Source: Macrostomum lignano (Eukaryota). Taken from it: DNA of 64,000 bases. Position numbers and translations under genes: made by a program. The notes under the pieces were generated by a model. That model made no database searches, was not told where the DNA came from, and worked only from the letters and a program-made list of their open reading frames with translations. Positions 1 through 8,624 of this stretch are shown in pieces (the stretch's first letter is position 1; each line of letters begins with the position of its first letter). The stretch spans positions 210,870 through 274,869 of the forward strand of contig NIVC01000795.1 in assembly GCA_002269645.1 (NCBI GenBank). The letters run 5' to 3'.

Positions 1-420
1 CTGAATATAAAACAATGTAGTGAGCAAGGATTATTAAGTCTGCACGTATGACAAGTGGAAAAGTTAATGGTATACATAGTCATAAAACTTTAATGATATT
101 AAGTGGTTGAACAAGTTGAAATATGCGTATGGCATTGTATTATTAAGACCTGGATTAAATGTTAAGTATGATAAGAGGAATTAATGACATGCTTACTAGT
201 TACACTATTAAACGCTAAATGTTGAGTAAGTTGAACAAAAGAACGCAAATAATGGCAAGTGTATACAACATCTAAAAAAAAAAGCGGTGCAAAAAAAAGC
301 AGTAAAATAATTGGCAAGTTCTTACTCCAAAAGATGGTAAATGATAAAAAAAATATTTGATGGCATCGAGCATGTGTAATTATGTTGCTTTGGAAGAGTT
401 ATTAAGTTCCCTAGTCTTAC

Positions 421-1251
421 TTAATTGATTGGCCGGAGATTTAGGGTATTTTGCGTGGACAAGTAAAGTAGTCCGTTTACCGGAATCAGCTGATTAGCAG
501 GGTCAAATCGACTGGCGATGAACTCAAGCTGCTCGGTGGTCGCCCTCATACTGATTGGTCCCCGAGCCCTTCCTTCTGCGTACTGTAGGCAGTATGAGCA
601 GGCGATTTCAAAACACCTGACTGCCTCCTCTGATGTCGCCGTGGCCAGGAAATGGACGCACGCTTCCGGTAGCTGAGCCTCGAAGTGCCCTGTTCTTCCT
701 GTGGCCAGGATAGACCGTTTAAGAGCGCGACGGCACTTGCGGAATTTCCGCGCCTGTGTCCCGGGGCTGTCCGGACGCTCCGTGCTGGTTTCTTCAAAGG
801 CCGGCGTGTCACCCAGGTCTACCCTGAGCAGTGAGGCATAATCAATGAGCGGGCTCGGCGCAGGCTCAGGCTGGCCTCGCGTTGTGTGGCACTGCTCGGG
901 CTGACGTTGCTCTGGTTGGCACTTCGTTTCGTCTGCGGCCGTCTCCTCCTGCTCGTCTATGGGCTCTACCCCTTCCTCGTGTTGCCGTATCTCCTCCATA
1001 AATCGCGCCATCTCGTCTCTGAACTCTTCCTCCTTTTGTTTAGTCGCCCTCTCTAATTCTTCTAGATTGACATCTATGGCCAGTCTTCCTTCTTCCTCTT
1101 TTTGCTGGTCCAATCTCGGCTTCTTAGACTCTTTTCTGCGCTTGGCCAGTTGCACTGCCCTAACTTGCGGAGGCTCATTTTCTTCTTGGCTAGTTCTGCG
1201 CTGGCCATATATTCTCTTTGTCGGATAGACGCGGATTGGGGCGTCGGCCAT
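421..1251 (-). CDS. Third (accessory) ORF of the Gypsy element, 276 aa, function unknown, not env-like
   Basis: ATG lies 2 nt after the pol stop (TAA-CT-ATG). Basic cluster KRRKESKKPR, E/K/R-rich predicted coiled coil, Cys-containing C-terminal part. No signal peptide or transmembrane stretch. Confidence 0.75.
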   Translation of the reverse strand: MADAPIRVYPTKRIYGQRRTSQEENEPPQVRAVQLAKRRKESKKPRLDQQKEEEGRLAIDVNLEELERATKQKEEEFRDEMARFMEEIRQHEEGVEPIDEQEETAADETKCQPEQRQPEQCHTTRGQPEPAPSPLIDYASLLRVDLGDTPAFEETSTERPDSPGTQARKFRKCRRALKRSILATGRTGHFEAQLPEACVHFLATATSEEAVRCFEIACSYCLQYAEGRARGPISMRATTEQLEFIASRFDPANQLIPVNGLLYLSTQNTLNLRPIN

Positions 1252-1253
1252 AG

Positions 1254-4200
1254 TTATTGAGATTTTGGCTGCAAGAGGTTAAATGGGTTAAACAACTCCG
1301 CTATCCTCTGCACATAACTTTTCTGGTTTGGCCTGACAGTTAACCTATCTGGAGCATGACGCTCTCTAGCTGGCCTAGCTTCTAAATTAATCCCTAGATT
1401 ATTATTGTTATTATTTAATTGTACCGGCATAACTCCTTGTACACCTACTAAATTATTTTGATTATTATTTGGATGCTGCACTTGTTGATCTGGCACTAAC
1501 TGCACATTATTTTGATTGTGCACTGGCATAAACTGCTCATTATTTTGATTTTGCACTGGCATAAACTGCTCATTATTTTGATGTTGCACTGGCATAAACT
1601 GCACTGCGTCCTCGTACTCATCGTCGCTTTCTGAGTCATTGTACACATTCGGCTGGCTATTGGCTAACTGTTCCCTATCGTATTGTTTCTTCTGTTCTTT
1701 TGGTTTAGTACTAGCTTCTTCTTCCTGATAATCTGCTTGCGGTACTTTCATTAAATTGTCTCTATGCATGATAAGTTCTTCCTTTCTAGCCTTTTTATTT
1801 TTGGTAACTGGTCTAATCTTAAAGACTACTTCTGATAATTGTTCTACAATTTCGTAAACTGCCCTTTGTTTTCTGTGAAATTTGTTAGCCTCTGTGTTAG
1901 CAATTACTGGATTATTGATAAATACTAAGCTTCCTACAGGCAATGTCTTCGGCTTAGGCTTATTGGAGTACCCCTGCTCACGGTTTTGCTGCACTAATTT
2001 TAATCTCTTTCTCGCTAGTTCTTGGCCTTCCTGCAGATTCTGCTGATGATCCTGGACATAAGATGGCAAATCCTGGAACTGCTTTGGCTCGTTCAGCTCA
2101 TTGTCACAGGGCATTCTGGCCTCTCGTCCAAAGACTAAATAGTGCGGACTAAATCCTGTGGCAGTGTGCGTGCTGGTTCTCAGAGCTGTTATGCAACCTG
2201 GCAACAGAACGTCCCAGTTGGAATGCTCCTTCTCCAGTAAACAGGTGAGAATTGATTTAATCTGCTTATTAAGGTTTTCTACTAAGCCATTGCTCTGCGG
2301 ATGATAACTAGTTGTTCGAGTGTGTCTAATGCCATAGAGGTCTAAAAATTTCTTAAAGGCCCTACCAGTGAACTGTGTTCCCTGGTCTGTGTGAATCCAT
2401 TGTGGAATCCCAAAATCAGCGAAAACTCGTTCTTGTAGAATTTTGATAACTGTTTTAGCCTTCTGATTCCTAATTGCGAATGCGAATGGAAATTTGCTAG
2501 TGCTGTCTATGACTGAAAGTACATATTTGTTTCCTGATTTGCTAGTTTGGCCAATAGGTCCTATTAGATCTATGTGCAATCTACCGAACGGTTCGACTAC
2601 AGGATAGTTCTGAATTGGTGCCTTAATTCTTCGTCTAGTTTTGCTTTCTAGGCATGATTTACATTTGGCTACGTAGCGTTCAACTGCTGTTGCTAATCCT
2701 GGCCTCCAAAATCGAATTTTAATTCTCTGATAAGTTTTATCTCGACCTAGGTGTCCCGCTAACGGTGAATCATGGAATTGGTGAAAGACTTCACTATCCA
2801 GAGACTTGGGCAACACTACCTTTGGATCAGTCTGCCCCATAGATAAGTCTACTTTGAGTACACCGTCCTCAATTCTGAGCAACTCATAGTAACCTAAGAG
2901 GTTCCTACAGTCGTGGGTTAACTCTAGTCGTTCTTGAAATGTCGGTTTAGGCGAGTCATTCTCAATTAAATTTCTAACAAAGCCTACCGCCGGATCGGCT
3001 AGCTGTGCTGCGATCAATTGGTCACGGCGAACTGGGCTACGGAGATAGTCACTGAGCAGGGCATTGCATGCAGGCGGATTTCCGGTTTTAGGCTCCTGTC
3101 CCTGTCTATTGTCTAGCCTACTGCTACTAAAGATCGGAGTATTGTGTCGGTTCGTGACAGTGTCTTGTGACGAACAGCATGACGGAACTCCACTGCTCGA
3201 GCTACAGGTTTCAGCTAACGCGGAATTGCCTGAGCTGACAGTACAAGCTGATGCTGGGTCTGTATTCACAGTTGCCCTACAGCTTAGCGACCTGGCATGT
3301 GGGGACATCTCTTCCGGTTGAGGATCAGGGATCCTGGATAGAGCGTCAGCATTCACATGTTTAGGGCCACTCCTATGTTCTATCTCAAAATCAAATTCGG
3401 AAAGTCTTTCGATCCAACGACCTAAAATGCCTGTCTGTTCGGTTTGGCGAAGCAACCAGGTTAGGGCATTGTGATCAGTGCGCACCTTAAAATGTTTTCC
3501 TACGAGGTAAAATCTAAAATACTTCAGCGAGTCAACAATCGCTAGAAGCTCCTTCCTCGTAATCGGATATCTGGTTTCTGACTGCCTCATCTTCCGACTA
3601 TAATACGCGATCGGCCTTTCTATGCCGTCGCTCTGAACTTGATTTAAGACCGCCCCAATTCTGACATCTGATGCATCAGTGTCTAACACAAAATAAACTT
3701 GGGGGTCTGTATTGAACTCTGGGTAAGCAAGCACTTCTTCGGAACACATCCGTTCCTTCAACAGTTCGAAGCATTCATCATGAATCCTGGTCCATTTGTC
3801 CTGGATACACTTGATGTTCTTCTTAGTTAACTCACAGAGTGGTGCTGCTACCTCGGCAAAATCTCTAACGAATTTTCTATAGTAATTACAGAGTCCGAGA
3901 AAACTTCGAAGCTCTGTCACAGATTTAGGTTTCGGCCAGTTCCTAATTGATTCTAATTTCGACGCATCCCTCTTAATTCCTGCTTTGCCTATGACGTGTC
4001 CTAGATATTGTAATTCTGATTTGAAAAGGTGACATTTCTTAGCCTTTAGTTTCATGTTAGCTTGTATTAGTCTCTTGAGCACTTCTTTCAGGTGTTCTAA
4101 ATGCGATTCAAAGTCTGCACTATAAACTATTACATCGTCTAAGTAAGCTATGGCGAACTTCTGTGCAATGTCCTTAAGAACTAAGTTCATGCACCTTTGA

Positions 4201-5705
4201 AAAGTTCCTGGAGCTCCTTGCAGTCCCATTGGCAATACTTCGTACTCAAACGAGCCTCGATGTAAAGTTGGAAAGCTAGTCTTGCACTTATCTTCTTCCC
4301 TAAGAGCTATCTGATAATATCCTGAAAATAGATCTAACGTAGAGAATTGACTGGCTCCATGGAGACATGAAAATGTTTCATTGATATTCGTTATTGGATA
4401 CGGAAAGTACTCCGATTTATTGTTTAGTGCTCGATAGTCGTTAACTAATCTCAGCGAACCGTCTTTCTTAGGTACTATGACTAATGGAGTCGAGTACTGC
4501 GAGTAACTAGGCCTAATTATGCCTCTAGCCAACATGAGATCTAACTGTTCATCTACCTCCTTGATCCAATGAGGTGGAATCTTCCTAGCTGGTATCTGAA
4601 CTGGGTTGTTGTCCTTCAAGATAATCTCATGAGTGACTAAATGCGTTCTGCCTAAGTCTAACTCGTGCTGCGAGAAAGCTGCTGAATGTTCCTTGACGAC
4701 CTCGATCACCTTTTGTCTCTGTTCCTGAGTCAGTTCAGTTCCTATGTTAATCTCACTAATCCAGTCTTCTGACTTGTCCTGTACCTGGCTGATCTTTTCT
4801 CTGCTTCCGCAAGACTGCGTGTTCTTATTCTGCTCTTCTTCTGGCTGTTCCTTCAGATAGTTAAGCTCGCTAGCTAAGAGTGGCTTAGCCATCCCAACTA
4901 ATGCTGATGCTGGTACTCTAGCTTCCTGTGAACTGGTGTTAATTACTTCTAAATAAGCTTCCCCTTGTCTTAGAGTTACTAAACTTGGCACTACAGATAC
5001 CTTCTCTGTTCTAGTCTTTAATCCTGATCTGAGTGGCTCAACAACTGATGGCACTCCGAAATTAGTTTCACTACCTGCTGCTAATCTGACCTTGACTAAT
5101 CCTGAACTATTGGCTGGAACTGTCGTCTTTTCTGCGACATAGATTCTCCTAACCTGAGGCTTAGCTCTGGTTGATCGAAGCGGAATTCTAGTTCCTTGTT
5201 TCATGGTTAGCATTCCTGCATCGAAGTCAATAGTAGTACAATAATTTTGGACAAACGTCACACCTATTACATTGTCTACATCTGCGTCACATAATAGAAA
5301 CTCAATTTCTTCTTCGAAATCGCCAAATGTTGCCTTAATAACTACGAAACCCTTAATTGGAATAGGCTCTTCCATAAAAGAAACAATTCTATTGTCCCAA
5401 TGCTTAATTAGATGCCTATTCTTGCCAGTGAAAAGATGCTTCCAGGTTTCGCGTCCTAAGATATTTCTATTACTGCCAGTGTCTAATAGATAAACTATTT
5501 CCTTATTTAAAATGCTGCCAGTGATGTACGGATCGTAACTTTGCTTTTTAGTTTGTTCAGTTAATTTTGGTTGTTTTAGCTGCTGCTTGCTAGAATAAGG
5601 TTGCTGTTGTGGTGCGTTTGAAAAGTGCTGAGAGTAAATGTTTGGTTGATTAAATGATTGATTAAATGATTGCGCATGCGTACTGTTATACACTGAAGGA
5701 TTCAA
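1254..5705 (-). CDS. pol: Gypsy Pol polyprotein (aspartic protease, RT, RNase H, integrase); frame is open upstream to the slippery site at 5819
   Basis: Protease LLDTGS; RT LDLFSGYYQI, PMGL and YLDD; RNase H DTDASD...ELLAI...TDH; integrase HHCC (FHDSPLAGH...CKSC) and DDE core (HIDLIG, TDQGTQF, NGLVENLN). Confidence 0.97.
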   Translation of the reverse strand: MNPSVYNSTHAQSFNQSFNQPNIYSQHFSNAPQQQPYSSKQQLKQPKLTEQTKKQSYDPYITGSILNKEIVYLLDTGSNRNILGRETWKHLFTGKNRHLIKHWDNRIVSFMEEPIPIKGFVVIKATFGDFEEEIEFLLCDADVDNVIGVTFVQNYCTTIDFDAGMLTMKQGTRIPLRSTRAKPQVRRIYVAEKTTVPANSSGLVKVRLAAGSETNFGVPSVVEPLRSGLKTRTEKVSVVPSLVTLRQGEAYLEVINTSSQEARVPASALVGMAKPLLASELNYLKEQPEEEQNKNTQSCGSREKISQVQDKSEDWISEINIGTELTQEQRQKVIEVVKEHSAAFSQHELDLGRTHLVTHEIILKDNNPVQIPARKIPPHWIKEVDEQLDLMLARGIIRPSYSQYSTPLVIVPKKDGSLRLVNDYRALNNKSEYFPYPITNINETFSCLHGASQFSTLDLFSGYYQIALREEDKCKTSFPTLHRGSFEYEVLPMGLQGAPGTFQRCMNLVLKDIAQKFAIAYLDDVIVYSADFESHLEHLKEVLKRLIQANMKLKAKKCHLFKSELQYLGHVIGKAGIKRDASKLESIRNWPKPKSVTELRSFLGLCNYYRKFVRDFAEVAAPLCELTKKNIKCIQDKWTRIHDECFELLKERMCSEEVLAYPEFNTDPQVYFVLDTDASDVRIGAVLNQVQSDGIERPIAYYSRKMRQSETRYPITRKELLAIVDSLKYFRFYLVGKHFKVRTDHNALTWLLRQTEQTGILGRWIERLSEFDFEIEHRSGPKHVNADALSRIPDPQPEEMSPHARSLSCRATVNTDPASACTVSSGNSALAETCSSSSGVPSCCSSQDTVTNRHNTPIFSSSRLDNRQGQEPKTGNPPACNALLSDYLRSPVRRDQLIAAQLADPAVGFVRNLIENDSPKPTFQERLELTHDCRNLLGYYELLRIEDGVLKVDLSMGQTDPKVVLPKSLDSEVFHQFHDSPLAGHLGRDKTYQRIKIRFWRPGLATAVERYVAKCKSCLESKTRRRIKAPIQNYPVVEPFGRLHIDLIGPIGQTSKSGNKYVLSVIDSTSKFPFAFAIRNQKAKTVIKILQERVFADFGIPQWIHTDQGTQFTGRAFKKFLDLYGIRHTRTTSYHPQSNGLVENLNKQIKSILTCLLEKEHSNWDVLLPGCITALRTSTHTATGFSPHYLVFGREARMPCDNELNEPKQFQDLPSYVQDHQQNLQEGQELARKRLKLVQQNREQGYSNKPKPKTLPVGSLVFINNPVIANTEANKFHRKQRAVYEIVEQLSEVVFKIRPVTKNKKARKEELIMHRDNLMKVPQADYQEEEASTKPKEQKKQYDREQLANSQPNVYNDSESDDEYEDAVQFMPVQHQNNEQFMPVQNQNNEQFMPVHNQNNVQLVPDQQVQHPNNNQNNLVGVQGVMPVQLNNNNNNLGINLEARPARERHAPDRLTVRPNQKSYVQRIAELFNPFNLLQPKSQ

Positions 5706-5770
5706 TTCACTATTTACAGAAAAACTATCGCTGCTATTTACAGGTTGTGAGGCTACAGACTGTGAGGGAT

Positions 5771-6814
5771 CTACTGCTGGAAAGCGTTGCCTCCGACGCT
5801 TCCGTCTATTCCGTTTCCCGAATTCTGCTGCTGAGGGTAATGCGGCTGCGGGTACTGCGGCTGCATTTGCTGCTGTGGGTACATCGGCTGCTGATACTGC
5901 GGCTGCTGATACTGCGGCTGCTGATACTGCATCTGCTGCTGAGCCGGGTACCTAAGCTGGTTCTGAGGATGTGGCTGTCTACAATTCTTAGCTACGTGAC
6001 CTAGCTTGCCACACCTGTTACACTTCACTGGGGGACGCCTCTGCTGATTCTGGCCTTGCTGCTGCTGACCTGACGGCTGCTGCTGTTTGACCTTCTGCTC
6101 AACATTCTGGTGGTGTCGGAGTAACTCCTGAAGCACCTTCTGCTGATTTTCTAGCGCCTCACCCTGTTTGCGGACTAATTCCTTCAAGCTATTCTCAGCT
6201 TCTTCTCCTCCAGTTGCCTTACACTGCTGCGGGTCTCTACCTCGGCGAGACATAGCGTACGCCATTTCGATACGTCGCAAGACTCGACGTGTCTCTTGAA
6301 GCGAGTTTACCTGAGCTAGCAGTAGCTTCTCTCTAGTCTCTGGGGCAACCCTAACACCTCTGATAAATTGTTCCACCACCTCTTCCTGTCTCTGATCGTT
6401 AGTTAGATGGGGAAACGCCCTGCATGCTAGCTCTGTTAGTTTTTCAGCGTAGTCATCAGTGCTCTCAGTTTTGCACTGGAACCTACTACGGAACTCTTCC
6501 CTAGCTTCTTGAGCACTACCTACATGCGTGAACCGCTCAATTAGTCTATCCTTAAAGTTTGCGTATGCTAGATTAGGGTCTAAGTTTAGCCTTGTCACGA
6601 TAGCGAACGCTGACTGAACATCTAGGTTAGACAGTAGCTCATTCTTCCACTCAGCTGGGGGTATCTCATCTGCGATACACCTCTGCTCAAAAGCCTGAAT
6701 CCACACGTCTATATCCTGATTAGGCGTGTACTTTTGGATCCTAATATGTTTCCTAATGTCTAGCCTGTCTCTAATGCCTTCAGCCAGTGCTTCTACTACG
6801 TCATTCGCTTCCAT
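5771..6814 (-). CDS. gag: Gypsy Gag, 347 aa
   Basis: Capsid-like N-terminal region (YTPNQDIDVWIQAFE), zinc knuckle CNRCGKLGHVAKNC, Q/Y/P-rich tail; directly upstream of pol. Confidence 0.93.
   Translation of the reverse strand: MEANDVVEALAEGIRDRLDIRKHIRIQKYTPNQDIDVWIQAFEQRCIADEIPPAEWKNELLSNLDVQSAFAIVTRLNLDPNLAYANFKDRLIERFTHVGSAQEAREEFRSRFQCKTESTDDYAEKLTELACRAFPHLTNDQRQEEVVEQFIRGVRVAPETREKLLLAQVNSLQETRRVLRRIEMAYAMSRRGRDPQQCKATGGEEAENSLKELVRKQGEALENQQKVLQELLRHHQNVEQKVKQQQPSGQQQQGQNQQRRPPVKCNRCGKLGHVAKNCRQPHPQNQLRYPAQQQMQYQQPQYQQPQYQQPMYPQQQMQPQYPQPHYPQQQNSGNGIDGSVGGNAFQQ
5779..5819 (-). promoter_or_regulatory. -1 programmed ribosomal frameshift signal (G GGA AAC plus downstream stem-loop)
   Basis: Heptamer GGGAAAC at 5819-5813 is in gag phase (S-G-N). 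The -1 frame has no stop from there into pol. Nine nt downstream, GGAAGCGT (5803-5796) can pair with ACGCTTTCC (5787-5779). Confidence 0.85.
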
Positions 6815-7258
6815 ATTAGTTTAATTTTTAGGTTGGATTTTAGAATTAACGCTTCTGGTTTAATAATTTTGGTCAGTTAAATTGGCAAGACTCCGAATTT
6901 AGCTGCTAATTGCCTAATGGTAAGACTTTAGTTAATAAAACAGCAGTGACTCTAGTTTTATTACTTCCGCCTTACTTCTGGTCTTAATTGAGACTTTACT
7001 AATCTTCTAGCGAAGAAACTAAGTTAAAATTCCTTTCAGGAGCGTTAATCCGTTCCTAATCCGTTAATCCGTTAATCTGAGATTAGACGATCTTAGACCA
7101 CTGACTATGTACATTAATCTCTAATTTAGAACCTTAATTAGTAAATTTGTGTTAGTTTTAGTTCTAATTTCAGCACATAGGAGTTAATCCGTTAATCCCT
7201 TTTCTAATCCTAAGCTCCAGTCTAGTGTATGCGCTTCTCGGGTATTCTAATCCTCTAA

Positions 7259-7268
7259 GCTGCCACCA
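7259..7268 (-). promoter_or_regulatory. Primer binding site complementary to the tRNA-Leu 3' end
   Basis: TGGTGGCAGC follows the LTR end as ...CA-AT-TGG; it is complementary to the metazoan tRNA-Leu(AAG/TAG) end ...GCTGCCACCA. Confidence 0.75.
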
Positions 7269-7270
7269 AT

Positions 7271-7831
7271 TGGAATGGGCGTGTAACCGCGGCTAAGCTA
7301 CTGGTTTCTATTGCTAAGGATTATGAGTGGATTATCTGCTGTACTGATTTGAGATTTGGTAGTTTCGCTGCCACCAGGTTTCCTGCTTTCCCTAATTCTA
7401 GTATTTTAGATTAAAGAAGTGAGTCAGGACACCAAAGATTATAGTTAACAGTTGGAAATATTTAATAATAAAGAGAATGCGTACAAAAGGTTATTTTGTT
7501 TTACATTAATTCCCTAGTTTTATTCCCGTTGTGCGTTGGGCAAGACTCCCAATAATTAGAGGCAAGACTCCTCTGTGCAAGCCTAACCCTTATATTTCCC
7601 TTTCCTTACCACTTCTTCGTGAACTCTCTAAGTTACACAGGAGAAGACACTCCAAAGAAGCTCCGCGTTTTCTTTCCCGAGAGCCCAACTGCTCTGTAGT
7701 TCTAAAGGAACCCCAATTTTATCCACTTAACCCCGCTCTAATTATTTCCCCGGGTTGAAACTACTGATAGTAGGGTAAAAGCATATTTAAACCCACAAAA
7801 TTTCCCGTTCCTAAAATAATGCCCTACTACA
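7271..7831 (-). repeat. 5' LTR (~561 bp)
   Basis: On the minus strand it starts TGTAGTAGGGC and ends GCCCATTCCA (TG...CA with an imperfect terminal inverted repeat). TATA-like AATATAAG near 7590, AATAAA near 7520, adjacent PBS. Partner LTR not available to confirm boundaries. Confidence 0.7.
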
Positions 7832-8140
7832 ATAGAATCATAAAACCAAAGAGCCGGAGCTGTGCCATTTTAATGGTTTTTAGGCACAAGATACGTGCAA
7901 ATGTACGTAAAACCTATCAAAAGAAATAACAATTTTTGTGCTAAAAAATGAGAACTTTCTATCTCCGTAGTGTTTACGGAGTAGTTTTTTTATAGTTTCC
8001 GTAGTTTCGTATAGTTCCGTAGTTCCGTAGTTAAAACTACTCCGTAGTTTTTTATCTCCGTAGTGGAAACACCTGCCTTCCAAAAATTTTCCAAGAAACC
8101 AGGTTTCCCAAATTTCTACTTAAGTGGTCCTTGGGTGTCT

Positions 8141-8572
8141 CTCATTGTCTGCCATGGTGTCTCCTATTGTCTGACATAGTGTCTCCTATTGTCTGCCATA
8201 GTGTCTCCTATTGTCTGCCATAGTGTCTCCTATTGTCTGCCATAGTGTCTCCCATTGTCTGCCATAGTGTCTCCTATTGTCTGCCATAGTGTCTCCCATT
8301 GTCTGCCATAGTGTCTCCCATTGTCTTTCAGTGTCTTCCATTGTCTGTCATAGTGTCTCCCATTGTCTCCTATTGTCTGTCATAGTGTCTTCTATTGTCT
8401 GCCATAGTGTCTCCCATTGTCTGCCATAGTGTCTCCCATTGTCTGCCATAGTGTCTCCTATTGTCTGCAAGTGTTTCAAATTGTCTTCAAGTGTCTCCCA
8501 TTGTCTGCCATAGTGTCCCCCATTGTCTGCCATAGTGTCTCCCATGGTCTGCCATAGTGTCTCCCATTTTCT
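8141..8572. repeat. 22-bp minisatellite (ATTGTCTGCCATAGTGTCTCCC)n
   Basis: About 19 directly visible tandem units with minor variants. Confidence 0.95.
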
Positions 8573-8624
8573 GTCAGTTTCTGTCTACCAGGAACACTGG
8601 AACATCAGCTGGCCGGCCCCTCAC

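Larger units (their letters stand above)
1..7831 (-). mobile_element. Ty3/Gypsy LTR retrotransposon, near full length; 3' LTR lies left of the window
   Basis: LTR, PBS, gag with a CCHC knuckle, and pol in PR-RT-RH-INT order, all on the minus strand with uninterrupted ORFs. No LTR copy or polypurine tract seen in 1-420. Confidence 0.95.

Noticed and set aside
421-1251. Calling ORF3 env
   Set aside because: No signal peptide, furin site or transmembrane anchor.
5666-6004. Plus-strand hydrophobic ORF across the gag-pol junction
   Set aside because: Antisense to the CAG-rich Gag tail.
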